Positions 1 through 11,026 are shown, counted from the stretch's first letter. The stretch: 64,000 nt of DNA from an uncultured Gammaproteobacteria bacterium (GCA_964651815.1 CAZYWG010000004.1:36977-100976), one strand, 5' to 3'. A program made the numbers and translations. Notes: a model not told the origin generated them from the letters alone.

Positions 1-375
1 ATTCTTCAAGATGAATTTGTGAAGCCAGTGGATGAAGCAATTATTGACCACGCAAAGAAATATAAGGGGAGAATTATTACGTGTGATTATAATCTTGCTA
101 AAAAAGCAAAAATTTCAGGAGTTGTTGCAATCGATCTTTATGAAATGACAAATATTTTAAAAACCCAAGCGCTTCCCGGGGAAGAATTTTTTGTCAAAAT
201 AGTCCAAGAGGGTAAAGGAATCGGGCAGGGAGTTGGATATTTGCCTGATGGGACAATGCTTGTTGTAGAACAGGGGAAAACCTTCGTTGGAAAAACGATA
301 AAAGTTGAGGTTTCACGCATCATTCAAACCGACGCAGGAAAAATCCTCTTCTCAAAAATAAAAGCGGGGGATTAA
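1..375 (+). CDS. PIN/TRAM domain protein (YacL-like), 5'-truncated by the window edge
   Basis: VD..I..A....IITCDYNL.K.A...GV PIN tail followed by GKGIGQGVGYLPDGTMLVVE...QTDAGKILF TRAM motif. Confidence 0.85.
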   Translation: MLQDEFVKPVDEAIIDHAKKYKGRIITCDYNLAKKAKISGVVAIDLYEMTNILKTQALPGEEFFVKIVQEGKGIGQGVGYLPDGTMLVVEQGKTFVGKTIKVEVSRIIQTDAGKILFSKIKAGD

Positions 376-448
376 CATTTGGACAATCGGGATTTCTTGA
401 AACTTACCTTCAAATCCTCTACAATTAAATTTCCTCTTTTTATTAAAC

Positions 449-1930
449 ATGAAAAAATTAACAAAAATTATTGCAACGGTTGGACCATCAACTGATTCGG
501 AAGAGAAAATTTCAAAGCTTATTGATCTTGGGGTTAATATTTTCCGATTCAATGTAAAACATAATGATCTACCCTGGCATAAAGAGAAGATTGGGCTTGT
601 CAAAAAATTAGCCTCTGAAAAAGATATTGCAGTTGGCACACTTCTTGATTTACAAGGGCCTGAGATCAGAACAGTTGTGCCACATTCGTCGGATAATTCT
701 CCAGAAGAAGAGGGTTGTATTGAAATTGAAAAAGACGAGCACGTATTTGTTGGTGAAACACAAGATCCTGAGTTCAAAGACAAAAAATTTACAATTAGTC
801 ATCTCGAAGTTCTAAAGCATTTAACAGGTGGGCAGAGAATTGTTGTTGAAGACGGGCGGGCAACGTTTCGGGTAGAAAGAGTAACAAATGCCGGAGCAAT
901 TCTTGTTTCGGAAGGCAAACAAGAACTTAAAAACAAGAAGACGTTTAATCTACCGGGGGCTACTTATCCAATGCCTACATTGACAGATAAAGACCGCGAA
1001 GCAATTAAAATGGCTGCTGAAATTAGGGTGGATTTCGTGGCTTTGTCTTTTGTCAGGACAGATCAAGATGTTTTGGACCTCAAAGACTTGATGAAAAAAG
1101 AGGGCCTTCCGGCAAGGGTTATATCTAAAATTGAGACGAGGATTGCAATCGAAAATCTGGATGCTATAGTTGCCGCATCAGAAGGAATAATGGTGGCGAG
1201 AGGTGATCTTGGAATTGAAATTCCAATTGAACAAGTACCTTTTTACCAAAAACTCATGATTAAAAAATGCCTTGAGCGTGGGATACCTGTGATAACGGCT
1301 ACTCAAATGCTTATTTCCATGACAAATGCTTCCTATCCAACACGTGCAGAAGTTTCTGATGTTGCAAATGCTGCCTATGATTTGACCGATGCCGTTATGT
1401 TATCAGAAGAAACTGCAGTTGGGCATTATCCCGAGGAAACAGTTAAAACTATGTCTGGCACGGTTGAGTTTTCAGAAAAACAAAATATTTTGCGTGATAC
1501 TCGAAACATTTTTGATTACGACATACTAGATTCGGAAGAAATGCTTTGTGACACCGCTTACAACCTTTATCTCAAGTTTGAAGAAGAAAAAGAGCCAATT
1601 GGGGGTTTTATTGTGTTCTCTGAAACTGGCAGAACAGGCCGAAAGCTCTCCCGTTATAGAGCAAAAGCTCCCATTTACGTTTTTACTCCCAGTTCAAAAG
1701 TGCGCGACGGATTGACTATGAGTTTTGGAGTCATGCCTTTTATACAACCGAGTAAAATGCCTGGTACTAATGCAATCAGGATAGAGGATATGAAAGAAAC
1801 TTTTGCATTTTTAATTAAAAAAGAGCATGTAAATCCTGACAAACGCTATATTCTGCTGTATGGAGATAACTGGAATGTAGCAGGAGGAATTTCGACAATT
1901 AAAATAGTTTACCCCAAAAATCTTGACTAG
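449..1930 (+). CDS. pyk: pyruvate kinase
   Basis: TKIIATVGP, DLQGPEIRT, SKIE, MVARGDLG, ATQML, DAVMLSEETA motifs. Confidence 0.97.
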   Translation: MKKLTKIIATVGPSTDSEEKISKLIDLGVNIFRFNVKHNDLPWHKEKIGLVKKLASEKDIAVGTLLDLQGPEIRTVVPHSSDNSPEEEGCIEIEKDEHVFVGETQDPEFKDKKFTISHLEVLKHLTGGQRIVVEDGRATFRVERVTNAGAILVSEGKQELKNKKTFNLPGATYPMPTLTDKDREAIKMAAEIRVDFVALSFVRTDQDVLDLKDLMKKEGLPARVISKIETRIAIENLDAIVAASEGIMVARGDLGIEIPIEQVPFYQKLMIKKCLERGIPVITATQMLISMTNASYPTRAEVSDVANAAYDLTDAVMLSEETAVGHYPEETVKTMSGTVEFSEKQNILRDTRNIFDYDILDSEEMLCDTAYNLYLKFEEEKEPIGGFIVFSETGRTGRKLSRYRAKAPIYVFTPSSKVRDGLTMSFGVMPFIQPSKMPGTNAIRIEDMKETFAFLIKKEHVNPDKRYILLYGDNWNVAGGISTIKIVYPKNLD

Positions 1931-2679
1931 AAAATAGTTTTCACGGTACTTATAAATCCTGTGAAAATTGCGTCGTAACGGGGTCAATTTTATTTTTTTA
2001 ACTCAAAGAGGTACAAAGTACTATTCTCTGTTTCATAACCGCAGTTTTTGTGTCAAACAGTTCCCCAAATAAAAAGGAGTAAAAAAAGTCTAGTGTGCTA
2101 TTTGTTTATTTGGCCTGAAATCATTTCCTTAGGTGGGAATAAGAAAGTTTACACTGAAAAATTTTTTGCTTGCAAATTTAGGTAGAGGTAAGAAAGCCTG
2201 CCCAACTCTCCTACCTCAATTAAATCTGAAAGCTAAAAAAAATTTTTAAGTGCCTGCACCTCAGAATCCTTTTCGTTTTCTGAGTCTAGCGACAACTCTC
2301 CTATCCCCATTAAAAAAACAATTTACAGACCCTTCACCTCAGAAAACTTTTGTTTCTGGGTCTAACTATACCTTTTCTACCCCTATTTAATTCTCCAAAA
2401 GTTTGGCAGGCACACTTTTCAAGACATGAAAAATGTTTCTCTGACAGTCCAAATTAATTGTTTTTGCTTCGTCAACTTTTCTTGACAAAACTTTTCACAT
2501 TTGTTAATTTTACTTTCAATAGCATAGTCTTTTCCTGCCTAAAGACTAAAGCTTACTTTTTAAAAGAGCATTGCTTTTCGTACTTAAGGTTTTATTTCAC
2601 AGTAGCGAAAGTGATGCTCTTTTTCTTTTGTCGGAAGGTTTTCACCTGCCTGTTTGCCTAAAGTTTAAAGCCTGCTTGA

Positions 2680-2829
2680 TCAAAGTAACGTAACTCTAAA
2701 ACTCAATCCTTTTTCAACCAATTTTAAAATTTCGTCGCGTCCTGCACGTTCAACAGATTCTTGGTAAAAATCCACATTTTTTCGGGGTTTCATTTTGTTT
2801 CGTTTTTTAAGGAGTTTTAAAATATTCAT
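2680..2829 (-). CDS. small basic hypothetical protein (49 aa)
   Basis: Manual translation MNILKLLKKRNKMKPRKNVDFYQESVERAGRDEILKLVEKGLSFRVTLL; upstream TTGCAC-N17-TATACT (2870-2842). Confidence 0.6.
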   Translation of the reverse strand: MNILKLLKKRNKMKPRKNVDFYQESVERAGRDEILKLVEKGLSFRVTLL

Positions 2830-3093
2830 GGCTATTTATTAAGTATAGCACAATTCACTAAGTGGTGCAACCTATAGCAAAAAATCATTCAAAAAGTAGT
2901 AGGCCTAGAATAAATTACATGTCAATTTAGATTGATTTATCAACCAATTTTGTTTAAGCATATAAAAATGTGGATAACCCAGGGAAAACTATTTTGCTCC
3001 TTGACAAAGCGTAATTTTGCCACTTTTTTAGTGAGATTAGGAAAGTTCAAAAGAAAGTAAATTTATTTTAGTTGTAACAACAATCGCGGGGTA

Positions 3094-6000
3094 TTAATTA
3101 ATTCTTTTGATTTTAATATTAAGCGCTTTTATAACAATAGTAATTATGACTATAAAAAGTAGTCCGAAGCCAATATATTCAAGATATTGAGGGAGATAGG
3201 CTATGACAATTGATTGTTCGTTTGAAATAAGCCAGCCGTTTTCCCAGGAATTTACTTCAAAATGTTGTTTGACTTCTTTTCCGAAGATAAAAGGAAAGAA
3301 TTGGTTTAAAAAGTTTGAGTTAGTAACGTAGTAAGCCTTCCAGCCGTGGTCATAACTTTGAGAAAGAACTAGATTAGCTTGTAGCTTGGAGCTGTTAGCT
3401 TTTAGGTTTACGATATACAGGCTTTCGTTTGGGTGCGAGACATTCTTAATTTGAGCTATCGTAGAACCAGAATTATTATTGTTTCCAGATTGGAAAGATA
3501 TATTTTCTATAAATTTTGACGGAATAGGGTAAACTTCAAGGGAAGAAAACTCGTTTTGGACAAGATCATTTCCAATTGCGCTGTTATCTAAGTGAAAAGA
3601 GTATCCTAGACCCCCACTTTCCATAGTCGGAACGCTAAGCGCTTGTGCCCCATGACCGTCAAGGTAAATATCAACTGGCGCCACTTTTTCATCCTCATTC
3701 AAGACCCAAAAATGAAGTGGACGGCCTGATAAATTTTGAGAGTTTACAAAAAGAGCGTAGCCTTGATCGTGCGACAATGTTGCAGAATAGAATGACAAAC
3801 ATTTACTTGAGTTTTTATCTGAAATATTAGCAACACCATTTACAAACGATGTGTTTGCCGCGCCGCTTCTGAAAGAATTACAGTTTTCAAATCTACCATC
3901 CACGCCTTTTGCTTTATATGAAAGGTAAGAATCATCAATCTTTGGGATAATAACAGAAATTACATGCGTTCCAGCACCAATCTTAATCTCTGATCCTTGT
4001 GTAAAAAGGTTTTCATAATCTGAGGAAGAAATTGTTGCTTGGCTAGCGACATCTTCACCCGACAAAACAATTTGATTATCAAGTGACATAAGAAGAAAGG
4101 TTGTGCCGATGGTCTTTGAACTTGGTAAGTTATCTGAAATTGTAATATTTGTTGTCCCGTTGATATTTATTACAGCTGGAAATGTAGCGGTGTTTGAAAT
4201 TGAGAAAAGTGGGATAGTAGTTTCATTTCCCCATACTTTTTTGCCATCTATTAATATTTGTGGAGTTTGAATTCTTGCATTGATTTGAATATTTCCATTT
4301 TCATCAACGTTCTTATAGAAGGAAGCAGAAACAATTTTTTCAACCTCTTGAAAATTTGGAACGACAAGATTTGAATCTTTTTGCAAGTTGATATTTGTTT
4401 GTAACGCAATATTAGTAGGGTTATTTTTAAGACTATACTGTGTTCGGTCGAGCATTTTTTGAGAAAAAAGCGAGAAAGGGTAGAGATAGTTATTAGTTAA
4501 TAGGGAATAGTTATTAGGTTTTGAAACGTAGTTACCCATTGTTGAGTAGGCAGGGTCATTTGTTTTCCAAGTAGGTGAATTAACGTTTGAAATATTTGCC
4601 GGAGCAGTAAATACAAATGAATTGGGTTTATCTTTGAGCGCAATTTTATAGATCTTTATCTTGCCGAATGTCGCGTCTAGTTTTGCTCCCGGTATTCTCG
4701 AGAGCAAATTTTCAGTTTCCGGATAAAAAAGGGAGTGCGGCGCCGGCGGATAAATAACATTTTCATCGAGCATAACAAATGAAATCTGGTACTTATTTAT
4801 TACATCTTCAAGCGCTTTGTAATTGTTGGAATAAAGTGCTGCAGAAAGCTGGTAATAATAACTTTCAGAGTCTTGTGACCAGACGTCAAAAGCCCTATCC
4901 AGAACTGGTTGATTCAAGCCATACCAGATAAATCCCGAGCCGCCCGACCCTTGGTCACCCCATCTATAAAATGTCCATCCCCAAAAAGTGTTTTGAGGTA
5001 AATTTGCAATTCGAGCATTTTGGTTTTGGTGTTTAAAATAGTCAAAAGTCTCAAAATATTCGTTTGGTATTTTTACCGTTACTTTATTGTAGAAAAGATT
5101 ACCGTTGAAGGCAGGGAGTGCAATCAAAAGAATCAAAAGGCAGGGAATAGATAATAGAAAATAGTTAATAGTTTTTTTAAGCTTTGAGTTATGAGTCTTA
5201 ATAATACTTATTAAAAAATCAAGAATAAATGATGTTCCAAGAGAAAGCATAATAGAATATGCTAATGCTGCAAGGAGCGAGAATTTTGTAAATGGGAAAC
5301 GGAATGCTTCACCTAAGAGAGGTAGAAATCTAAATGCCTGGTCAAAAAGAGCAAAAGGTTGGGTGCCGGTTGCAAGCATAGTGAAGGCAAAAAGGAAAAT
5401 TGCGGCATATGCTATCTTTGTTCTTTGCTCGTAGTTTTTAGTTCGCATCTTTAGCAAAGAGTGAATAAAACCTACAAGAATTATTCCAAAAAGTAGGAAA
5501 CCCGCGGCTGGGATAATGGGATTTGAAAAATGCGCTTTCCAAGGGGCAAGCATAAAAGTGTTGTTTCCGTTTATGTTAGGATCCACATTGTTAAACCAAA
5601 AGCCCTTGAGTAAAGCAGTATCTGGAAGAGTACCAAACTCCTTGTTTTGTGCAAAAATTACGCCAGACGACATTTGATTTATTTTGGCCGTTAGTGCCAC
5701 GCCTGAATTTGTAACAGTAAAATAAAAGAAAGGTAAAAGCCAAAAGGCATTGACAAGAAAAATTATCAAATAAAGTTTGGCGGCACGTGTCAGAAAAGAA
5801 ACGCGATTAGATTCAAATAGAAAATTCACAAATACGTAAATTGAAAGCGCAATCATCAAAACAACAAATAAGGTGGGGATATAGGCGCTCGGCGCGGCGA
5901 GTAAAAGAATAACTACCAAAAAAGCTAGCCGTTTTCTGCTTGGCTTCTCAAGGTAAAGTATGGATGACAGCAAGAACCATGGAAGCGCAGCAAAATGAGC

Positions 6001-6495
6001 TGTAAACGCCTCAAATGGCGCATAAAATGTTTGTAGTGTGCCAATGTTGAGCGTATAAAAAAGTGCACCAATAAATGAAATCCATTGACCCCGTGCCCCT
6101 TGGGCAAATCGGGGTTGACCATTTTTGAAAAGATGTTTGATCAGAAAGTAAGCCCCAACTCCTCCCAAAAAAAGCATAGTGAAAGTGGAAATGTACCTTG
6201 CTAAATTCATTGGGAAAACAAACATCAGGACCAATACGTAAATTTGTCTGACTAAATCAGAGGCGTGTCCCATGCCACCAAGGAGGCCAAGTGACTGATA
6301 TTCTTGCCATACGGCAAATAGAGACCTTTGGATATTCGTCCAAATAGAAAGTTCCGGCATCAGGTTATCCCAACCGATTAGAAATGTTCCTGGTTTGAAG
6401 TTGAGCGCAAACAAGACTACGTTTAGGGCAAGAAGGCCCAAGACAGGCCAATATTTGATAATTTCCAATTTTAAATTTCCAATTTTAAATTTCAT
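3094..6495 (-). CDS. large polytopic membrane protein, GT-C fold glycosyltransferase-like (AftD/YfhO-like) with large extracellular domain
   Basis: GWD motif after TM1, many TM helices, FRFPFTKF and NSWENGW motifs, C-terminal TM; lies in a GT cluster. Confidence 0.7.
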   Translation of the reverse strand: MKFKIGNLKLEIIKYWPVLGLLALNVVLFALNFKPGTFLIGWDNLMPELSIWTNIQRSLFAVWQEYQSLGLLGGMGHASDLVRQIYVLVLMFVFPMNLARYISTFTMLFLGGVGAYFLIKHLFKNGQPRFAQGARGQWISFIGALFYTLNIGTLQTFYAPFEAFTAHFAALPWFLLSSILYLEKPSRKRLAFLVVILLLAAPSAYIPTLFVVLMIALSIYVFVNFLFESNRVSFLTRAAKLYLIIFLVNAFWLLPFFYFTVTNSGVALTAKINQMSSGVIFAQNKEFGTLPDTALLKGFWFNNVDPNINGNNTFMLAPWKAHFSNPIIPAAGFLLFGIILVGFIHSLLKMRTKNYEQRTKIAYAAIFLFAFTMLATGTQPFALFDQAFRFLPLLGEAFRFPFTKFSLLAALAYSIMLSLGTSFILDFLISIIKTHNSKLKKTINYFLLSIPCLLILLIALPAFNGNLFYNKVTVKIPNEYFETFDYFKHQNQNARIANLPQNTFWGWTFYRWGDQGSGGSGFIWYGLNQPVLDRAFDVWSQDSESYYYQLSAALYSNNYKALEDVINKYQISFVMLDENVIYPPAPHSLFYPETENLLSRIPGAKLDATFGKIKIYKIALKDKPNSFVFTAPANISNVNSPTWKTNDPAYSTMGNYVSKPNNYSLLTNNYLYPFSLFSQKMLDRTQYSLKNNPTNIALQTNINLQKDSNLVVPNFQEVEKIVSASFYKNVDENGNIQINARIQTPQILIDGKKVWGNETTIPLFSISNTATFPAVININGTTNITISDNLPSSKTIGTTFLLMSLDNQIVLSGEDVASQATISSSDYENLFTQGSEIKIGAGTHVISVIIPKIDDSYLSYKAKGVDGRFENCNSFRSGAANTSFVNGVANISDKNSSKCLSFYSATLSHDQGYALFVNSQNLSGRPLHFWVLNEDEKVAPVDIYLDGHGAQALSVPTMESGGLGYSFHLDNSAIGNDLVQNEFSSLEVYPIPSKFIENISFQSGNNNNSGSTIAQIKNVSHPNESLYIVNLKANSSKLQANLVLSQSYDHGWKAYYVTNSNFLNQFFPFIFGKEVKQHFEVNSWENGWLISNEQSIVIAYLPQYLEYIGFGLLFIVIITIVIKALNIKIKRIN

Positions 6496-6512
6496 TTTAG
6501 TTTATTTTGTCT

Positions 6513-8600
6513 TTAATTAAGTTTATATACGGTAGCTGCGCTATCATCATAAATTTGACTGATGGCAGGCAAATTAGGAACGTAATTTGCGTCCGACTCA
6601 ACATATCTATACCAAATGGAAAAAGCAGCATCATGAACCTGTTTTTTTGAAACAAAACTTAGCGTAGAGCCCCCGGCAACCGGAAAATTAATTGTATTTT
6701 TTGGTGAAAGCTCAATGGCGTATTTTTGATAAGTACTATTCCATGAATAGTTATTTGAAATGGGTACACCATTTATAGTAATTGAAAAGTCTGACTTAAT
6801 TGATGGGTCAAGGAATACACCATCAACATAAAAAATTCCGTCATATGGTAAATAAACATTAAATCTTGAATATCCGTCCAAAGATTTACCTGTAATTTGT
6901 TTTTCCTCAGAATCAGAAGTTAGAGCCGCGCTCTTTGTAAAAGGGACGAGATTAGTCAATTCAGTTCTGACGTTTGTGCAGACAGAATGGTAAAATTTGT
7001 CATCTTTGTGAACAACTAGCGTGTTAATCCCGTAGCTTTTAAGAGAGCTTATCATTTGCCTATTTTTAATGTCCTCTTCAACCGAGTCAATCGTATTTGG
7101 TAAAAGACGTTGTTCGTCACAAATAAAACGGGTTAATAACGTCTGAATCACAAAGGATTTTTGGAGACTTCCATCAGCAGACCAGTGGAAATATCCGTTG
7201 ACAATAGGCTTGTCATAATACAGGGAGAGCATGTTGTACCTCGAATAATAAAGATTGACCGGAATATCAACAACGGCTGAAGTTTTGCTTTGTTTTACAA
7301 CATCTATATATTTTGCCCCGGAAAGCGTGTCGGTGGAATAAAAAGTTGCAGGTAGTCGTTCTAAAATACAGAAAATTAAGACAGCCGCAATTATTAAGTT
7401 TTTCTTTTTTGTGAGAGAGTTTAAAAATAGCAAAATGGCCGCTGTTTCAAAAAAGTAAAAGAGCACTACAAATCTTCCGGTTTCAATTATTGATGAGAAA
7501 GGCGGAACTTTTATAAGGAAATTATAAATGTATAGAGGGGAAGCGCTTGGGGCTCCAAAAGAAAGAAGCAAAAAGATAGAAAAAATACTCACCAAAAATA
7601 GTTTAATTTTTGTGTTCGACTTAACAATAAATGCTAGGAAAATAAGTATTTCTATGAATCCTGAAAAGACCGCTTTTTCTATAGAGAAGGGTGTAGGGCT
7701 CGCAACAATTTTTGAGACAAGTAATTTAAGGTATGAGTTGGGAAGAATGTAATCAAAAAACGAAGGACTTATATCTTTTAAAAATATTGATCTATCCAAA
7801 AAAACAAATGAACCTGTCATCAATGCAAAAATGTAAGGGAAATATAAAACGCTAAAAACCAATACGAAAACAATAATTGGAAGTTTGAGGTTATTTTTAG
7901 AATCAATTATTTTCTTAACAAGTCCAAATAGAATGCTCTTATCAATAAAAAATGTTGCAACTATTACTGCGACAAGAGATAAGAAAAGCATTATTAAGTA
8001 TTGAAGAGAAGAGAGAGCGATAAGAATAATTGCCCCAAAAAACAAAAAGAAATCCCTTTTTTGGATACTTTGAGTCCTGAGCATATTAAGAACGGCATAA
8101 GCAAACAATGGAAAACCACCCACAAAAAGAAGATTAGGATGAGAAGCAGCTTTGGCAATTGTATAAAAAGAGAATCCATAAATTATGGCTCCCGCTGCCC
8201 CGAGGATTCTGGATTTCGTGAGGGAGGCGAAAAACAAATAGCTTAATGCGCCATTAAGTGTCATAAGAATTAATATTGTCAGGTTATATCCTAACGGCAT
8301 ACTAAAAATGAGGGTCAGTAGAGCCCCTGTTACAACTGTTAGGTACGAGTCAAAACCGCGTGAGAAATCAAACCCCACAGGGTAACGCCATAAATGTTGA
8401 TAGACAAAAGGGTAATGCAGCTCTTTTATCTGATTTGCGGCAAGCATTTGATATGAAGCATATTCATAATTATCCCAGCCGTCACCAATAAAACTTTTAT
8501 TTAGTTTTAAGATAGAAGGAAAGGTAAACATGACGCTTAAAAGAAGCGAAATACCAATTACAGCGAAAATGATTTTAAATTTTAAACTCAAAATTTTCAT
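6513..8600 (-). CDS. GT-C type membrane glycosyltransferase (YfhO-like)
   Basis: IGDGWD loop after TM1, multiple TMs, ETGRF and KPIVNGY motifs. Confidence 0.65.
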   Translation of the reverse strand: MKILSLKFKIIFAVIGISLLLSVMFTFPSILKLNKSFIGDGWDNYEYASYQMLAANQIKELHYPFVYQHLWRYPVGFDFSRGFDSYLTVVTGALLTLIFSMPLGYNLTILILMTLNGALSYLFFASLTKSRILGAAGAIIYGFSFYTIAKAASHPNLLFVGGFPLFAYAVLNMLRTQSIQKRDFFLFFGAIILIALSSLQYLIMLFLSLVAVIVATFFIDKSILFGLVKKIIDSKNNLKLPIIVFVLVFSVLYFPYIFALMTGSFVFLDRSIFLKDISPSFFDYILPNSYLKLLVSKIVASPTPFSIEKAVFSGFIEILIFLAFIVKSNTKIKLFLVSIFSIFLLLSFGAPSASPLYIYNFLIKVPPFSSIIETGRFVVLFYFFETAAILLFLNSLTKKKNLIIAAVLIFCILERLPATFYSTDTLSGAKYIDVVKQSKTSAVVDIPVNLYYSRYNMLSLYYDKPIVNGYFHWSADGSLQKSFVIQTLLTRFICDEQRLLPNTIDSVEEDIKNRQMISSLKSYGINTLVVHKDDKFYHSVCTNVRTELTNLVPFTKSAALTSDSEEKQITGKSLDGYSRFNVYLPYDGIFYVDGVFLDPSIKSDFSITINGVPISNNYSWNSTYQKYAIELSPKNTINFPVAGGSTLSFVSKKQVHDAAFSIWYRYVESDANYVPNLPAISQIYDDSAATVYKLN

Positions 8601-8608
8601 ATATGTTT

Positions 8609-9925
8609 TTAATTAACGATTTCCTCGTAATATTTTTTTCCAATTTTTTCCCATGCGCGCGCCCGCCTTGCGAACGCCGCAAACTTAACAATTTTTCCCA
8701 TCAGTTTTGAATTAGTCCTAATTTTTGAAAGTTTATTGGCAAAGTCACCATTAAAATCTTCAAAAACAAGGTTGTCTATTTTAAGGTGTGCTTCGTTCAG
8801 CATCTCCTTCATGTCGTCAGCCATTAGTACGTCACGGAGCTTTGGAGAAAGTAAGAACGGTTTTTTGAATGAGAGAGCAATTGAAAGAGGCCCACTTGAT
8901 GACATAAATGTTCTGTATGGAAAAACCACCAAATCTGCAGCTTTAAAATACATTGGAATATCGCGTTCCTTAACAAAACCGGTTACCATAAAACCATTCT
9001 TTTTAGATTCATTCATAATTCCTTTAATATATCTTTGGTAATAATTTTTGTCCGTGTGATTTGGATTTGGTCCACCGGCCAAAACAAGAGCAATATCGCG
9101 CCCTTTATTTTTTTTCTTAATGTCATTTATTGCATGTACCAACCAATCAGTCCCTTTGTACCAAGCAAGAAAACCAAATGACAAAATGACAAAAGAATTG
9201 TTTTTAACCCCAAGCTTCTTCCTGGCTTCTATTCTTCCCGGGATATTTTTAAACTCTTCAACACCGTGAGGAATAACAACGATTTTTCTTGTTTCCCCCC
9301 GTGCAGATAAAGATTCTTTAAGCCCTTCCTCAAATACAATAACTTTAGTGGCTATGAATAATATGTAAGAATAAAACAACTTCAAAACCACGTCCATTAA
9401 ATCTGTTGTAAAAGATCTTTGAGAAAGATTTATATGTGGAGCAATATCTTCAAGATCATCAATTACCTGATGCATGACAAAAATAATCCTTTTGCCCATG
9501 AGTTTTAATACAGCAAGAAAGATTGGGAAGGGCAGAATATATAAAAGATTACCAAACATTGCAAGCTCAAATTCTATAAGGACTGTTTTTGAGTCGTTGT
9601 TTGTAGTTTTTAGTATTTCCCGGAGAAGAGTGGGAAACGCCGTGAAAGAATTCCTTTTCCATAATCTTTTGACTTGAATTCCCCTTTCAGTATAGTCATT
9701 TTCCGCGTCAAGCTTTTCCGCCAAAACCTCAATTGATAGCTTGTTTTTTTCAACGCCGGCCCGCCTAGACTCGCCATCGATTTCTGAGTCGAGGCTGGCA
9801 GCGCCTAAAATAGCACGGAAAGTATTTTTGGCATATGACGCGATTCCCACAACTTGTTCTCCGTGGGTTTTGCCGCGTGCCGGATAAGATGTAATAGCAA
9901 TAATTTTGTTTTTCATATTATGCAA
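8609..9925 (-). CDS. glycosyltransferase family 4
   Basis: GIASY, VIPHGV, FGFLAWYKG, AADLVVFPY..SSGPL..ALSFKKP GT-B motifs. Confidence 0.9.
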   Translation of the reverse strand: MHNMKNKIIAITSYPARGKTHGEQVVGIASYAKNTFRAILGAASLDSEIDGESRRAGVEKNKLSIEVLAEKLDAENDYTERGIQVKRLWKRNSFTAFPTLLREILKTTNNDSKTVLIEFELAMFGNLLYILPFPIFLAVLKLMGKRIIFVMHQVIDDLEDIAPHINLSQRSFTTDLMDVVLKLFYSYILFIATKVIVFEEGLKESLSARGETRKIVVIPHGVEEFKNIPGRIEARKKLGVKNNSFVILSFGFLAWYKGTDWLVHAINDIKKKNKGRDIALVLAGGPNPNHTDKNYYQRYIKGIMNESKKNGFMVTGFVKERDIPMYFKAADLVVFPYRTFMSSSGPLSIALSFKKPFLLSPKLRDVLMADDMKEMLNEAHLKIDNLVFEDFNGDFANKLSKIRTNSKLMGKIVKFAAFARRARAWEKIGKKYYEEIVN

Positions 9926-10781
9926 ATAAATTAGTTATACTAGCCCATTTGATTTTCTTGATAAGGCGCTTATGGCTGGGTTTTATCTCAATAACCTTAA
10001 TAATCGATTTTAGGGCATTATTTAATGGTAGCACGCTATGTACCACGTTGTGTACCGCTCCGTGGTACCAGCGGACCTGCGCAAGTTCAAAAAGAGTTTT
10101 TAATACTGCTACTTTAAGGTCTACTTTTGTTCTTTCATCATTTGCCCATGTGACGGCTACTTCCTGGACAAAGAAACCGTTTTGCAGGGCGAGAAATAAA
10201 ATCTCGGCATCATATCCCCATCCATTAATTCTTGCTTCTGTAAAAATTTTTCTTGTTGCATTTTTTGAAAAAGCTTTAAATCCGCAGGTAAAATCAGTAA
10301 CATCAACCTGTAAAACAAATTGAGTAAGACTGGTAAATACTCTTCCCATAAGCTCACGATACAAAGGTTGATGGCGCGTTACAGTTGAGTGACCATTTTT
10401 TCTTGTTCCAATAATAACGCTTACCCCTTTTGCCATGAAAGGCGAAAGCTTTCTTAGTTCTGAAAGTGGCGTTGACATATCAGCATCAAAGAATAGAGTA
10501 TAGTCAGAATTTGACGCTAACATCCCAAGTTTTATTGCGTTTCCTTTTCCGCGGTTTTTCTTATAACTTATGACTGATAACTTTTGGCTCATAACTTCTG
10601 GCAAATTGAATATCCAAGTCCTGATGAGTTCAAAAGTTCTATCTGTTGATCCATCATCAACAAAAATAATTTGACTAAGTTTTAATCCACGCGGCAACCT
10701 TACCCGCTTTAAGGCTTCAAATGTCTTATCAATTCGCTTTTCCTCGTTATAAACGGGAATGACAAAAGATATTGTTTTCAT
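9918..10781 (-). CDS. glycosyltransferase family 2 (dolichyl-phosphate glucosyltransferase-like)
   Basis: VIPVYNEE, VDDGSTD, NRGKG, FFDADMSTP, DFTCGFKAF; start moved to MKTISF. Confidence 0.92.
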   Translation of the reverse strand: MKTISFVIPVYNEEKRIDKTFEALKRVRLPRGLKLSQIIFVDDGSTDRTFELIRTWIFNLPEVMSQKLSVISYKKNRGKGNAIKLGMLASNSDYTLFFDADMSTPLSELRKLSPFMAKGVSVIIGTRKNGHSTVTRHQPLYRELMGRVFTSLTQFVLQVDVTDFTCGFKAFSKNATRKIFTEARINGWGYDAEILFLALQNGFFVQEVAVTWANDERTKVDLKVAVLKTLFELAQVRWYHGAVHNVVHSVLPLNNALKSIIKVIEIKPSHKRLIKKIKWASITNLFA

Positions 10782-10804
10782 ATTTTTGTTCTTATTAAGA
10801 ACTC

Positions 10805-11026
10805 CTAAACCAGCAAATCTCTTTGTGAGCTTAGGAATAAGGTACACAGTTTGTGGGTTCTCGGAGCGAGGGGCTTGTCAAAGTGACAAACTTTTTCTCG
10901 TTTTGAGACCTTATTCTTTTGGCAAGAAGCTAATCGGTCACGATCGTTCTTTGTTCGCATGCAATACGCGAGTTTTAGAACATTCGGTTCCTTTCGTTCT
11001 TGTCTAATAGGTTCGTTGCCGAACAT
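10805..11026 (-). CDS. small basic hypothetical protein
   Basis: 73-aa ORF preceded by AAGGAG-N6-ATG. Confidence 0.45.
   Translation of the reverse strand: MFGNEPIRQERKEPNVLKLAYCMRTKNDRDRLASCQKNKVSKREKVCHFDKPLAPRTHKLCTLFLSSQRDLLV

Noticed and set aside
2195-2390. CRISPR array
   Set aside because: Only 2-3 degenerate units with irregular spacing, and no cas genes
2969-2977. DnaA box (TGTGGATAA) as oriC
   Set aside because: Single perfect box; no box cluster or dnaA/dnaN nearby
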